Numbered from the stretch's first letter, positions 29,554 to 40,366 are shown. The stretch is 64,000 nt of DNA from Deltaproteobacteria bacterium (GCA_033763315.1 JANRKS010000019.1:448001-512000); one strand, 5' to 3'. A program made the numbers and translations. The notes: generated by a model from the sequence alone, not told the origin.

Positions 29554-31920
29554 TTAATTCCGCAGGGGCTTGCTGGTGGTCAACATGTGTTGAATGCGTG
29601 CGCGGGTCTTCTCCTCGCCGCACAATGACAGGAAGGCTTCGCGCTCAAGATCCAGCAGGTGCTGCTCGGTCACCTTGGCGCCGCCTGCCACGTCCCCACC
29701 GCTTAAGATGCGCGCGAGGTGCCTTCCGATTCGTGCGTCGTGCTCGCTGATTCGATGGGCGTCGGCAAGGTTGTGCAAAGCCGCATTCATCGTGGCGGCC
29801 CCCGACGCGCCCACCACTTTAATCCGGCGCGGGGGAGGGGGACGGTAACCCGCGCGCGCCAGCCCAAGCGCCCACTGCTTCGCGTCGGCGAGCAATGTAT
29901 CCCGGCTCATGGACACCGAATCGCCCGTGCGCAGGTAACCGAGATCTCGCGCTTCCTCGGCGCTCGTGGATACGCGGGCCGTGCCCAGGTACTCGAACGG
30001 CTCGCGAACAACGCCCAGCAGATCGATGTTCGGGTTGCTGCCCACCATCGCGCTGGCTCGCGCGGCCAGTTCCATGCAGCCGCCACCCGCGGGGATGAGA
30101 CCCACGCCCACTTCCACGCAGCCGACATAAAGCTCGGCCGCGGCTCGCACATATTGGCAACCAAGCACAACTTCGGCGCCGCCACCCAATGCCAAACCGA
30201 ACGGAGCGCACACCACGGGTACGTGCGCGTAGCGCGTGCGCATGCAGGCGTTTTGAAAGCCCACCAACATCTGATCGATGGCCTTGTAGTTGTTTTGCGA
30301 CAGACCCACCATCAGTGAGAACAGGTTGGCGCCGGCACAGAATGCTTCGGGGGCTTCGTTGCCAATGATGAGCGCCACGCCCTCGCGTTCGGCGCGGTCC
30401 ACACCCTTGTGCATCATCGCGATGATGTCGGGATCGATCGCGTTCATCTTCGAGTGAAATTCCACGCAGAAAACGCCGTCGCCGATGTCCAGCAATGAAG
30501 CGCTGGCGTTGCGTTCCACCTCGCCGCCCCAGGCACGCACCTCTTCAAGCGAGAGGCTGCGTTCATCCTGAGCCACCGGCCGATAGCCGCCGCGCGATTC
30601 CAGATAGGACAGCTGCGTAGGTGTCTCACGCTTGTAGAACCGCTCTTCCCCTGCAGCCACGCGTTCCTTCACCCACGCGGGCACCGAAAGTCCCATGGCT
30701 TCCATTTTGGCGACCGTGTCTTTGACGCCCAAGGCGTCCCAGGTTTCAAACGGACCGCGGTCCCAACCAAAGCCCCATTTCATGGCGCGATCAATGTCGA
30801 CCACGGAATCGGCGATCTCGCCCAAGCGATTGGCTGCGTAGATCAGCGTCTCGTAGATCACTTGCCGCGCCAAAGTCGAGGCGCGGTCGTCACCGTTGAC
30901 GACCCTGCGGGTGCGCTCGTCTACATCGTCAACGCCTTTGGTGGCCCCGATCGAGGCGAAGCGTGGCTTTTCGCCGGGCTTGTATTCGAGCGTCTTGAGA
31001 TCAAGTTGCAAGATGTCCTTGCCCTCTTTCTTGTAGAAGCCCTGGCGCGCTTTGCTGCCCAGCCATTTGCGTTCCACCAGCTGGCGTAACACGGGCGGCA
31101 GCGCGAACACGTCGCGGCGTTCGTCGTTGGCGAGCGCTTCGTAACAGTTGTTGGCCACGTGGGCGAGGGTGTCCAGGCCCACCACGTCGGCTGTGCGGAA
31201 CACGGCGCTTTTGGGGCGGCCCAAGGCTTTGCCGAAGATCGCGTCCACCTCTTCCACGGAATAACCTTGCTCGGCAGCCAAGGTCAGCGTTCGCATCAGG
31301 CCGAACGTGCCCACCCGGTTGGCGATGAAGTTGGGCGTGTCCTTGGCCCGCACAAGGCCTTTGCCCAGCAACGTGCCACACACGCGCTCGGCCAGGTCAA
31401 TGGCAGCGTCGGCAGTGTCGTCGCCGGTGACAACCTCCACCAACTTGAGGTAGCGGGGTGGGTTGAAAAAGTGGGTGATGAGGAAGCGCTTCTTGAAGGC
31501 CAAGCTGCGGCCTTCCACCAGTTCGGCCAAGGGCAATCCAGACGTGTTGGACGCGATGACGGCGTCGCCGCCCATGGCATCGAGGCGCTCGTAAAGCTTG
31601 CGCTTGATGCCCAGGTTCTCAATGACGGCCTCAACAATAAAGTCGCACTTGGCGGCGTCTTGCAGGTTGTCTTCCAAGTTCCCCACGCGGACAAGGGCCT
31701 CGAACCGCTTGGCAAAAAAGCTGGCCGGTTTGCTGGCTTTCGCCCGCGACAACCCATCCTCCGCCACCTTGTTCCGAAGGCCCGGCTTGTCGGGCGGGGC
31801 GTCCTTCGGAGGAATGTCCAGCAGAAGAACCTTCAATCCTGCATTCGCCAGGTGGGCGGCGATGGCGGCTCCCATCACGCCCGCACCCAAAACGGCGACC
31901 TCATCGATCGGCTTGGCCAT
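29554..31920 (-). CDS. 3-hydroxyacyl-CoA dehydrogenase / enoyl-CoA hydratase (FadN-type)
   Basis: GAGVMG, SNTSG, HFFNPPRY, FIANR and C-terminal crotonase fold (ALGGGAE...EVGVGLIP). Confidence 0.93.
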   Translation of the reverse strand: MAKPIDEVAVLGAGVMGAAIAAHLANAGLKVLLLDIPPKDAPPDKPGLRNKVAEDGLSRAKASKPASFFAKRFEALVRVGNLEDNLQDAAKCDFIVEAVIENLGIKRKLYERLDAMGGDAVIASNTSGLPLAELVEGRSLAFKKRFLITHFFNPPRYLKLVEVVTGDDTADAAIDLAERVCGTLLGKGLVRAKDTPNFIANRVGTFGLMRTLTLAAEQGYSVEEVDAIFGKALGRPKSAVFRTADVVGLDTLAHVANNCYEALANDERRDVFALPPVLRQLVERKWLGSKARQGFYKKEGKDILQLDLKTLEYKPGEKPRFASIGATKGVDDVDERTRRVVNGDDRASTLARQVIYETLIYAANRLGEIADSVVDIDRAMKWGFGWDRGPFETWDALGVKDTVAKMEAMGLSVPAWVKERVAAGEERFYKRETPTQLSYLESRGGYRPVAQDERSLSLEEVRAWGGEVERNASASLLDIGDGVFCVEFHSKMNAIDPDIIAMMHKGVDRAEREGVALIIGNEAPEAFCAGANLFSLMVGLSQNNYKAIDQMLVGFQNACMRTRYAHVPVVCAPFGLALGGGAEVVLGCQYVRAAAELYVGCVEVGVGLIPAGGGCMELAARASAMVGSNPNIDLLGVVREPFEYLGTARVSTSAEEARDLGYLRTGDSVSMSRDTLLADAKQWALGLARAGYRPPPPRRIKVVGASGAATMNAALHNLADAHRISEHDARIGRHLARILSGGDVAGGAKVTEQHLLDLEREAFLSLCGEEKTRARIQHMLTTSKPLRN

Positions 31921-32112
31921 AAAACTACGATACCGCAACATGCCGTTCGTTGCGCGGTTGTGAACAAAATCTAAACGGCAACAATCCGGCGACGGCGTAA
32001 GTGACGACCCTTTAAAGATGTGTGCCTATGTCCTGAAAGGGAATGCGAACTTTGTTTACCAGGGCTCCTTACACTCTTGATTGCGGCTGCCGCATGACGC
32101 AAGCTGCGGCCC

Positions 32113-33570
32113 ATGAATCGAGTGAGTCTTAGCCTTCACGCCGCATGTGCTTTTGCGGTCTTAACTCTTGGTTTCACGGTGCCGTCTTTCGGCCAGGAAA
32201 CGGCGGCGCCGGAATCCGATCCTGCATTGCAGGCGGCCAAGGCGGAGTTCGAAGAAGCGCAGCGGTTGTTCATCAAAGAACAATTCGATGGCGCGGCGGC
32301 GAAGTTCGTGGCGGCTTTTGAGAAGAAGCCCTACGCGGCTTTCTTATTCAACGCCGCCGTTTCGTTCGAGCGCAGCCAAAAATGGGAATTGGCGATCGAT
32401 TATTTTCAGCGCTACATCGACCGCAACCCCGAGGCCAAAGACAAGCGTGACGTTGAACTGCGCTTGCAAGGGTTGCAGCGTGTGCTGACCGCCAGCCGTG
32501 CCGCAGCGGCGCCGCAGCCCGGCCAGGCGCCGGCGGCTCCCGCGGAGGTGGCGATGTTGCCTGCGCTTGAGACGAAGGGCCTGGTGATCATCGATTCGAA
32601 ACCGCAGGGCGCCACGATTTACCTTGAGGACAAGAAGAACGGGCCATTGGGCACCACGCAGTGGCAAGGCTCGTTGGAACCTCGCCCGGTCAAGATCATC
32701 GTGGAAGCCAAGGGTTTCAAGGCAGAGTCTCGCTTGATCAATCCCCGGTCAGACAAGATCGTGGATGTGTACATCGCTTTATCCGAGGAGCACTTCTTGG
32801 GGTGGGTCGAGATTGCGTCGAACGTCGCGGGCGCTGACGTTTACCTCGACAAGAAAGAAATCGGCGCCATAGGCCGTACGCCCTACACCGGCCACATCAA
32901 ACCGGGCAAGCACATGCTTTGGGTGGAGAAGGCAGGGTACGGATCGGTGCAAAAGGAAATCGAAGTGCAGCCGGGCACGGCCACCACGCACATCGTGGAT
33001 CTCGCGAAGGTTTCCGTAGGCTGGATTGCAGTTGTGGGCAAGAAGAGCCGGGGCGCAAAGCTTTACGTTGATGAAAAATTCGCCTGCGACACGCCCTGCC
33101 AATACGAGACCACCCCTGGCAACCACGACGTGCGCGTGGAGCAAGAAGGCATGGAGAACTACGAGGCCAACCTGCCGGTCAAGCAGGCCACGCAAACCTT
33201 GGTTGAGGTTCAATTCAATCCCAAACCGCCGCGCACGCGGGCCTGGACCACAGCCGTGCTGTCGGCGGCATTTTTGGGCGGCGGCATTTATGCCGGTCTG
33301 CAAGCCAACGATCGCGAAGATGGTTTGAAGAAAGACATCGCGGCGGGCCGCCTCATCGATAACAACGATCCGCGGGTGAGTGAGGGAAAACTTTGGGCGA
33401 TTGGGGCCGACGTCGCGTTCGGGCTTTCGGCCATCACGGGGATTATGTCGGTCTACAACTTTCTTCGTTCAAACGACGCAAGCAAGGCTGAGCTCGATGA
33501 GAAAAATGTGGCGATTACACCCGTAGGAATGCCTGGTGGGGCAGGGCTCTTCGCCTCGGGGAGGTTCTAA
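32113..33570 (+). CDS. TPR plus PEGA-domain secreted protein
   Basis: Signal peptide, TPR helices, three PEGA-like repeats (IDSKPQGATIYL; IASNVAGADVYLD...GRTP), hydrophobic helices and C-terminal ...SGRF. Confidence 0.8.
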   Translation: MNRVSLSLHAACAFAVLTLGFTVPSFGQETAAPESDPALQAAKAEFEEAQRLFIKEQFDGAAAKFVAAFEKKPYAAFLFNAAVSFERSQKWELAIDYFQRYIDRNPEAKDKRDVELRLQGLQRVLTASRAAAAPQPGQAPAAPAEVAMLPALETKGLVIIDSKPQGATIYLEDKKNGPLGTTQWQGSLEPRPVKIIVEAKGFKAESRLINPRSDKIVDVYIALSEEHFLGWVEIASNVAGADVYLDKKEIGAIGRTPYTGHIKPGKHMLWVEKAGYGSVQKEIEVQPGTATTHIVDLAKVSVGWIAVVGKKSRGAKLYVDEKFACDTPCQYETTPGNHDVRVEQEGMENYEANLPVKQATQTLVEVQFNPKPPRTRAWTTAVLSAAFLGGGIYAGLQANDREDGLKKDIAAGRLIDNNDPRVSEGKLWAIGADVAFGLSAITGIMSVYNFLRSNDASKAELDEKNVAITPVGMPGGAGLFASGRF

Positions 33571-33573
33571 ATT

Positions 33574-34962
33574 ATGCGTCGTCTAATACAAACAGTGTGC
33601 ATGGGTATCGCCGCCACGTCTTTGAGCGTGGGGTGTGATTGGAAGAAGCTGGATGACGCCGTGGAGAAGGCGCCCGTATTGAGTGTGGGTGCGCCCGGCG
33701 GTTATTTGGGCAACGACGTCGGTCGGCTGATCGTGGCTTTGCCGCCTCCAGCGGAGCGTCCCGAAGTGGCGGCACGCTTCTTTGTGGCGTCAATCACGAA
33801 GGTGGCGGCCGCTGTTGTGGAGCTTGATGCCAAGGGCAAGGCCACGGTGATCAACGTGCCCGACACGGTGCTGACGCCCTTGAACAGCACGCCAATCGGG
33901 TCGGTCGCTTTGGCTCTGCGGCCGGACGAGGCGTTTCCATCCGTGCTGTTGGGTGTGCCTGATTTCAAAACGGCCGAGATCCGCAACGGCGCGATGTTTA
34001 GGCTGAAGATCTCCCCTGGCAATGTGTTCACGCTCGACGCTGGCCTTTTGCCCCCGCCCACTTTGGCCGTTGGGGCGAAGGCGCAGCAATTCTCGGGCAT
34101 TCAAGGGTATGGCCGTGGTGTGGCCTCGGGTAACGTTTCAGGCAATGCCGCTTTCGATGATTGGGTGGTTGCCGGGAACGCGGGCGTGGCCCTGATCGAA
34201 GATGGCGCTGCAAATCTGCCGCAGGTGCTTACGCCCCCAAGCGCATGTGCGCTTGACCTTAACCCCATTCGCTTGGGGCACCTTTACGAACTCTCGCGCG
34301 CGGTGGCCATTGGCGACCTGATGGACTTGCCTGGTGGTGAAATTGCGGTGGGCGTGCCCGATGCCGTGGGCGCGGGCAAGGTCGTGCTGCTGCATCGAAG
34401 TGAAACCGAGCTCGGATGCCCCACCACCATCACAGTTCCGGGCAGCCCTAGCTTCGGTTCGGCCGTGGTTGCGGGCGATCTGAATGGCGATGGAAAGGCT
34501 GATCTCGTTGTCGGCGCCCCTCAAGACAAGGTCTACGTGTTCTTTGGACCATTTACGCCTGCGGTGCCGCCCACCCCAAGCTTGATCATCAACCCACCGG
34601 CAGGGGCGCAGGCCGCGGACTTCGGCGCGCGCTTGGCCTTGATGGAACTCGATGCCGCATCACCCGGCCCGGAGATCGTTATAGCCGCGCCCAATTACCC
34701 CGCGGGTGGAAAGACAGGCACAGGTGCCTTGTTTGTGTTCAAGGCGGACGGAACGCAATCGCCACTTACGATCTCAGACATCGATCCCGAAGCCAACAGC
34801 GGCCTTGGCGAAGCCATTGCGGTCGTACCGTTCCGCAACCCAAGCTGCGCCGCGGGGCCTGATCGACCTGTGCTTGTGGCCGGAGCGAATGAAGAAGTGT
34901 TCACATACTTTGCGTTGCCCGGGGCACTTCCGGATCCGCGCTGCTTCCCAGCCGCGAAATAG
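33574..34962 (+). CDS. Lipoprotein with FG-GAP (integrin-alpha-like propeller) repeats
   Basis: Lipobox SVGC; FGSAVVAGDLNGDGKADLVVGAP and related repeats. Confidence 0.8.
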   Translation: MRRLIQTVCMGIAATSLSVGCDWKKLDDAVEKAPVLSVGAPGGYLGNDVGRLIVALPPPAERPEVAARFFVASITKVAAAVVELDAKGKATVINVPDTVLTPLNSTPIGSVALALRPDEAFPSVLLGVPDFKTAEIRNGAMFRLKISPGNVFTLDAGLLPPPTLAVGAKAQQFSGIQGYGRGVASGNVSGNAAFDDWVVAGNAGVALIEDGAANLPQVLTPPSACALDLNPIRLGHLYELSRAVAIGDLMDLPGGEIAVGVPDAVGAGKVVLLHRSETELGCPTTITVPGSPSFGSAVVAGDLNGDGKADLVVGAPQDKVYVFFGPFTPAVPPTPSLIINPPAGAQAADFGARLALMELDAASPGPEIVIAAPNYPAGGKTGTGALFVFKADGTQSPLTISDIDPEANSGLGEAIAVVPFRNPSCAAGPDRPVLVAGANEEVFTYFALPGALPDPRCFPAAK

Positions 34963-35016
34963 GCGCTATCGTATCGACGCTCATCCTCATATTCACCGTC
35001 ACGCGCGGGGGTCGTT

Positions 35017-36378
35017 ATGCGCCTTGCGAGCCTTTTAGGCCCCAATCTCGACGAAAATCTATTGGCCAGCCCCGCTGAACTGGCGGAGCTGCTGGAAGAA
35101 GTTCACGCGGCGGATCTATCCGAGCTTATTGCCGAGCTCGAAGATCCGCCGGCGGTAAAACTGCTGACGAATCTGCCCCGCGAAGCTGTGGCCGAAGCGC
35201 TCGACTTCATGGAGCACGGCCGGCGCGCCGAGCTGGTGGAGCAAATCGAACGCAGTGTGGCCGCTGAGTTGACCGACCTAATGTCGGCCGACGAGCGCGT
35301 CGACCTTCTGCAAGAGCTCGAGCCCGACGTTCGCGCCGACATCTTGTCGCGCATGGATAAGGAAGAGCGGCAAGACGTCCGCGACCTTATCAACTATTCG
35401 GAATCGAGCGCGGGTGGTCTGATGACCACCGAATACGTGGCTCTGTCGCCGGAGCTGACGGTGGAACGCGCCATTGAACAAGTGCGGCGGACCGCGGAAG
35501 AGAAAGAGACGATTTACGAAGCCTACGCGGTGGATCCAAACGGAACCCTTGTGGGCGTGATTTCGCTGCGCCAGCTTTTGTTGGCGCCCGCCAGCCGCAA
35601 GTTATCCGACTTGATGGAGCCCGATGTTGTATCGGTGCCGGTGGAGATGGATCAAGAAGAAGTGGCGCACGTGTTTCAGCGTTACGACTTGTTGGCCCTG
35701 CCGGTCGTCGATTCGACCCACAAGCTGCTTGGCATTGTCACCGTCGATGACGTTGTGCACGTGCTCAAAGAAGAGCAGGCGGAAGACATCCAGAAGTTGG
35801 GCGCCGTGGCGGCCCCCGCGGGTTCATACTTTGACACCAGCTTTTGGACTTACCTTCGCAGCCGCGCCGTGTGGCTTGTGGTTTTGTTCATTGGGCAAAG
35901 CTTCACTGTCAGCGTGCTCAAGCATTACGGCACTGTTACGGCCACCGTGGTGGCGTTGACGTTCTTTATTCCGCTCATCATCTCGTCAGGTGGCAACACC
36001 GGAAATCAAGCAGCAGCGCTCGTGATCCGTGGCATGGCGCTGGGGGAGTTCGAGTTCGGCGACGCCGCCAAGATTCTGTGGCGCGAATGCCGGATGGGCC
36101 TGGCCTTGGGGGGCATCCTTGGGTGTTTGGGCATGGTGATGGCCGCATTCATCGGCAACCACGAAGGCGTTCGTTTTGCCTTGGCGGTTGGCACGGCCCT
36201 GGTGGCGTGCGTGACGTTGGGCTCTGTTGTGGGGGCCGGCATGCCACTGCTCATCCGGCGGCTGGGCCTCGATCCGGCTGTGGCGTCGGGCCCCTTCATC
36301 GCTTCGCTGCTCGACGTGATGGGCATCTTCATCTACGTCGAGACAGCCGTCTTGATGCTGGGCTTGGCCCGGCATTAG
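35017..36378 (+). CDS. mgtE: Magnesium transporter MgtE
   Basis: MgtE_N, CBS pair (SAGGLMT), SSGGNTGNQ and LDPAVASGPFI. Confidence 0.96.
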   Translation: MRLASLLGPNLDENLLASPAELAELLEEVHAADLSELIAELEDPPAVKLLTNLPREAVAEALDFMEHGRRAELVEQIERSVAAELTDLMSADERVDLLQELEPDVRADILSRMDKEERQDVRDLINYSESSAGGLMTTEYVALSPELTVERAIEQVRRTAEEKETIYEAYAVDPNGTLVGVISLRQLLLAPASRKLSDLMEPDVVSVPVEMDQEEVAHVFQRYDLLALPVVDSTHKLLGIVTVDDVVHVLKEEQAEDIQKLGAVAAPAGSYFDTSFWTYLRSRAVWLVVLFIGQSFTVSVLKHYGTVTATVVALTFFIPLIISSGGNTGNQAAALVIRGMALGEFEFGDAAKILWRECRMGLALGGILGCLGMVMAAFIGNHEGVRFALAVGTALVACVTLGSVVGAGMPLLIRRLGLDPAVASGPFIASLLDVMGIFIYVETAVLMLGLARH

Positions 36379-36387
36379 GCCGCCTCT

Positions 36388-37419
36388 TCAGCCGTTCTTT
36401 ACGGTGTTCACCAGCGCATCGACGGTTTCGAGAGGCGTATCAGGATAGATGCCGTGGCCGAGGTTAAACACGTGGCCTCGGCGTTGGCCTTCCGCGATGA
36501 TGCTGCGGGCTTGGCGAACCACCTCGTTCGGCGGGCCCAGCAGCAGGGCGGGATCCAAATTGCCTTGAACGGCCGCATCGGGAGCGCCGCCCGCGGCCAA
36601 GCGGCGGCGCGCTTCTGACAACGGAATGTGCCAATCGATGCCGTACATATCGGCGCCCACTTTTGCCAGGCGGTCCAGCATCGTGGTGGCGCCGTTGGGA
36701 AAGTAGATCACGGGCACGCTGGTGGCCTGCACGGCTTTCACCAAGGCCGTTGTGGGTCCCACCAAAAAGCGATCCCAATCTTCTACCGAAGCCACACCCA
36801 CCCAGCTGTCGAAGATCTGAATCGCCTGCGCCCCGGCATGCACCTGGGCGATGAGGTAGGCCGCCGTGGCTTCGGCGATTTTTTCGAGCAACCGCTTGCT
36901 GGCTTCGGGCTGCGTGTAGAACAATCGCTTGGTCTCGACGAAGCGTTTCGATGTTTTGCCTTCGATGGCATACGTCGAAACCGTAAACGGCGCGCCAGCG
37001 AAGCCAATCAAGGGCGTGGGGCCAAGTTTGTCCAGCTCGGGCCGCAAGCGCTTGATCGTTTCCAGCACGAACGGTGTGCCCTTGGCAGGATCGAACAACG
37101 TGAGCCGGTCGACGTCCTCGGCGGTGCGCACAGGATTGGAGATCGCGGGGCCCTGCTCCGTGAACGACACGTCGAGACCCATCGGCTCAAGCGGGATCAG
37201 GAGATCCGAGAACAATATGGCCGCATCGAAGCCATAGCGACGCAAAGGCTGCAAAGTCACCTCTGCGGCGCGCTCCGGGTTCTTGCACAAATCCAGAAAC
37301 GATACGTTGGCCCGCAAAGCGCGATATTCGGGCAAATAGCGGCCCGCCTGGCGCATCAGCCACAAGGGTGGTCGGTCAGTTGTTTCGCCTCGGCACGCTC
37401 GCAAGAACAGGGGTTGCAC
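36388..37419 (-). CDS. hemE: Uroporphyrinogen decarboxylase
   Basis: PLWLMRQAGRYLPEY, AILFSD, GFAGAPFT, QGNLDP and FNLGHG. Confidence 0.97.
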   Translation of the reverse strand: MQPLFLRACRGETTDRPPLWLMRQAGRYLPEYRALRANVSFLDLCKNPERAAEVTLQPLRRYGFDAAILFSDLLIPLEPMGLDVSFTEQGPAISNPVRTAEDVDRLTLFDPAKGTPFVLETIKRLRPELDKLGPTPLIGFAGAPFTVSTYAIEGKTSKRFVETKRLFYTQPEASKRLLEKIAEATAAYLIAQVHAGAQAIQIFDSWVGVASVEDWDRFLVGPTTALVKAVQATSVPVIYFPNGATTMLDRLAKVGADMYGIDWHIPLSEARRRLAAGGAPDAAVQGNLDPALLLGPPNEVVRQARSIIAEGQRRGHVFNLGHGIYPDTPLETVDALVNTVKNG

Positions 37420-37494
37420 AAAGGCTTTCTATCTCAGGCCCCGCGTAACGTCCATCAAGCTTGCCAGGGCAGGGGGCGGCGCTATGAAATGGCG

Positions 37495-38469
37495 ATGTCG
37501 CGATCTGTGCTTGTGCATGCAGTGGGGGGCCCCGAGGTTTTGCGCCTTGAGACGGTGGACGTGCCGCCCCCAGGGCCCGGCGAGCTGCGGCTGCGGCAAA
37601 CGTTCGCCGGCCTCAACTACATCGACGTTTATTACCGCACGGGCGTCTATAAAGCGCCGTCACTGCCCTTCGTGGCGGGGCAAGAAGGCGCTGGCGTGGT
37701 CGAGGCCTTGGGCCCAGGCGTGCAAGGGTTCGCCGTGGGAGATCGCGTGGCTTACGCAGGGCCCATGGGCGCCTACGCACAAACGCGCGTCTTACCTGCA
37801 GACCGCGCCGTAAAGCTGCCCGCAGAAATCCCCGACGACGTGGCCGCCGCCATGATGCTCAAAGGAATGACGGCGCAGTACCTATTGCAGCAAACCTTCG
37901 CGGTGAAGCCAGGCGACGTGGTGTTGTTTCACGCAGCCGCCGGCGGCGTGGGATTGATCGCTTGCCAGTGGGCCAAGGCGCTGGGCGCCACTGTGATAGG
38001 CACCGTGGGTTCAGATGCCAAGGCCGCGTTGGCGCGCGCGCACGGCTGCGATCACACCATTGTCTATGGCCGTGAGAACTTCGTTGAGCGCGTGCATGAA
38101 ATCACGGGCGGCAAGAAGGCCTCGGTGGTTTACGACGGCGTCGGCAAAGACACGTTCGATGGCTCATTGGATTGTTTGCGTCCGCGCGGCATGATGGTGT
38201 TGTTCGGCCAGTCGTCCGGCAAAGTGCCCCCATTCGATCTAGGCCTGCTTGCCGCGAAGGGCTCGCTGTTCATCACGCGCCCTTCGTTGTTTGCCTATAC
38301 GGCCAGCCGCGCCGAGCTCGAAGCGTGTGCCAAATCGCTGATCGATGTGGTGGCACGCAAGGTGGTGACGATTCCCATCGGTGCCCGCTACGCGTTGGCT
38401 GATGTGGCGCAAGCACACCGCGATCTGGAAGCGCGCCAAACAACAGGCGCCAGCGTCTTGGCTGTGTGA
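37495..38469 (+). CDS. qor: NADPH:quinone oxidoreductase (start 37489 or 37495)
   Basis: GGPEVL, GLNYIDVY, MLKGMTAQYL, HAAAGGVG and KGSLFITRP. Confidence 0.92.
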   Translation: MSRSVLVHAVGGPEVLRLETVDVPPPGPGELRLRQTFAGLNYIDVYYRTGVYKAPSLPFVAGQEGAGVVEALGPGVQGFAVGDRVAYAGPMGAYAQTRVLPADRAVKLPAEIPDDVAAAMMLKGMTAQYLLQQTFAVKPGDVVLFHAAAGGVGLIACQWAKALGATVIGTVGSDAKAALARAHGCDHTIVYGRENFVERVHEITGGKKASVVYDGVGKDTFDGSLDCLRPRGMMVLFGQSSGKVPPFDLGLLAAKGSLFITRPSLFAYTASRAELEACAKSLIDVVARKVVTIPIGARYALADVAQAHRDLEARQTTGASVLAV

Positions 38470-38473
38470 TGTG

Positions 38474-39841
38474 CTAACGGCGTTGGCTTCCCGGCGGAGG
38501 CAAAGTGGCGGTGCTGGGCTTGGCGGAGCGGTAGAGCAGAGCCGCCGCCAAGCCCAACGTGGCCAGCACGAACCACGCGCCTCGCGGTGAAACAGTCTCG
38601 AGCAAGAACACGCCCAGCACGGGCCCGATGGTTTGCGCGGCGCCTTGAAAAAGTCCGAAGATACCGGTGTAGCGCGCGACCTTGTCGGGCGGCGCCAACG
38701 CAGCAACGCGCGCTTGTTGTGCAGGCGCGGTCATGATCTCGCACAAGGTGATGAGGCCCACGCAGGCCAACAACGAGACATGGTTGAAGGCCAGCCCGCA
38801 GGCCGCGAAAGCCGCCATATAGCCCAAGGATCCGAACACCAACGTTTTCGCCGTGCCCAGTTTGCGAATCCACTGCACGGCGGGCAGTTGCAGCATCACA
38901 ACCAAGATCGCGTTGAGCGTAAACAAGGTGCCCACCTGCGCGCGCCCGAGCCCCACGTACTTGGCCGCGAACACGGACATCATGTGATACATCTGCGTTT
39001 GCAGCATGAAGTAAGCAAACGATCCGAACAGGAAGCGCAAAAACGCGGGATCGCCACCGAACGCCAACATGTCGAAAAAGCTCGGTGTTTGCCGCGGCTT
39101 TTCGGGCCGCGTTTCCGGGATGAACATCGCCATCACGGGCGCCAACAAGGTGAAGGGCGCGCAGACATAGAAAAGGAAACTGAAGTCGGCGCTCGCCGCC
39201 AGCGTGGCCACCAACGGGCCCGCCACCCAACCCAAGCTGCTGCCGACCCGGTGCAACGAAAACGCAGCCACGCGCTCCTCGCGCGAAGCGAGCGACGCCA
39301 CCACGGCCCACGCCACGGGATCATAGAAGCCGCGCAGGGCACCGTTGACGATCGTAAGCGCAGCGATGACTCCGAACGAAGCGCCATGCCCAAGCGCGTA
39401 CCCGAGCAGCGCCAGGTTTGCCGAGCGAACAATCATCCCCGCCACCAACACCGGGCGGCGGCCCACACGATCGGCCAAGTGCCCCGCCACCCATTGCATG
39501 GCTGCACATCCCGCGCTCGACATCGCCCACAAGCCGCCGATGCGCAACACAGAGATGCCGCGATCGACCACCAAGTGCATCGCCAAAAACGGCATCACGA
39601 CAGCGAAGCCCGCGGTGACCACGAAGCGTACGGCTGCCAGCAGCCAAATGTGCGCGTCCATCGCGGGGATCTGGATGACGGGTGCCACGGACGCAGGGAT
39701 CGTCACGCGCCGCACGGGCGCTGCTTTGTGGGGGCCAGGTGGCGCGTGCTGAGGCGGCCCCTCATCACGTAGGGTGTCGGTGGCGCGAACAGGCGCCGGG
39801 CCTGGCGGCCCCTGTTTTGCGCCGGGCGCAGGAAGGCTCAC
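38474..39841 (-). CDS. MFS transporter
   Basis: About 12 hydrophobic helices; motif A GHLADRVGRRP. Confidence 0.9.
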   Translation of the reverse strand: MSLPAPGAKQGPPGPAPVRATDTLRDEGPPQHAPPGPHKAAPVRRVTIPASVAPVIQIPAMDAHIWLLAAVRFVVTAGFAVVMPFLAMHLVVDRGISVLRIGGLWAMSSAGCAAMQWVAGHLADRVGRRPVLVAGMIVRSANLALLGYALGHGASFGVIAALTIVNGALRGFYDPVAWAVVASLASREERVAAFSLHRVGSSLGWVAGPLVATLAASADFSFLFYVCAPFTLLAPVMAMFIPETRPEKPRQTPSFFDMLAFGGDPAFLRFLFGSFAYFMLQTQMYHMMSVFAAKYVGLGRAQVGTLFTLNAILVVMLQLPAVQWIRKLGTAKTLVFGSLGYMAAFAACGLAFNHVSLLACVGLITLCEIMTAPAQQARVAALAPPDKVARYTGIFGLFQGAAQTIGPVLGVFLLETVSPRGAWFVLATLGLAAALLYRSAKPSTATLPPPGSQRR

Positions 39842-39880
39842 GAAGAGCGCTATCGGCAGAACCGGCGAGCCTCTTGATCG

Positions 39881-40357
39881 CTAGACGGGACCGTAACGGC
39901 GCACTTCCACATACAGTTTTTGCGTGTCATCCCACGCAAATTGCACCGAGCCACGCACCCCATCGGCCTGCACGTCCACCACCAGATATTCGACGGGATA
40001 AGCGGGCTCGTCACCCATTTTTGCGGCGGCTTGATCGGTGTCGCTGAAGTAGGCGCCCACGTTGGCGTGGGAGTGGTAAATCAGCTTGGCCGGCTCGTTG
40101 CCGCGCAGGCTCTTTTGCAAGCGGAAGATGTCGCCCGTATCGAAGTTGTAGGCGGTGTGGGCGTCGCGAGAGAATTGGACCGGATCTTCGGCGTGCAGAT
40201 CATCTTGAATGTTGCGGCAGATCTGGGCGCGGTTGGCGTCTGGGGCATCCTTCGGTCCAAAGATGATGCCGCAGCACTCTTTCGGATATTCGGTGCGCGC
40301 GTGGGCGTAGATCTCAGCCAGGGCGTTCGTGGCCACTACCGGATGTTCGTTCGACAT
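39881..40357 (-). CDS. JAB/MPN+ (JAMM) metallopeptidase, Mec-like
   Basis: YPKECCG glutamate and HSH-x7-S-x2-D (HSHANVGAYFSDTD). Confidence 0.9.
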   Translation of the reverse strand: MSNEHPVVATNALAEIYAHARTEYPKECCGIIFGPKDAPDANRAQICRNIQDDLHAEDPVQFSRDAHTAYNFDTGDIFRLQKSLRGNEPAKLIYHSHANVGAYFSDTDQAAAKMGDEPAYPVEYLVVDVQADGVRGSVQFAWDDTQKLYVEVRRYGPV

Positions 40358-40366
40358 GTGGGTGTT

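Noticed and set aside
31940-32112. Possible structured RNA in the fadN/PEGA intergenic region (TGCCGTT..AACGGCA; CCCTTT..AAAGGG)
   Set aside because: The stems are short, match no family I recognise and fit a divergent promoter region.
36628-37494. 613-aa ORF appearing to give qor a long N-terminal extension
   Set aside because: The extension is the antisense shadow of hemE; Qor similarity starts at 37489/37495.
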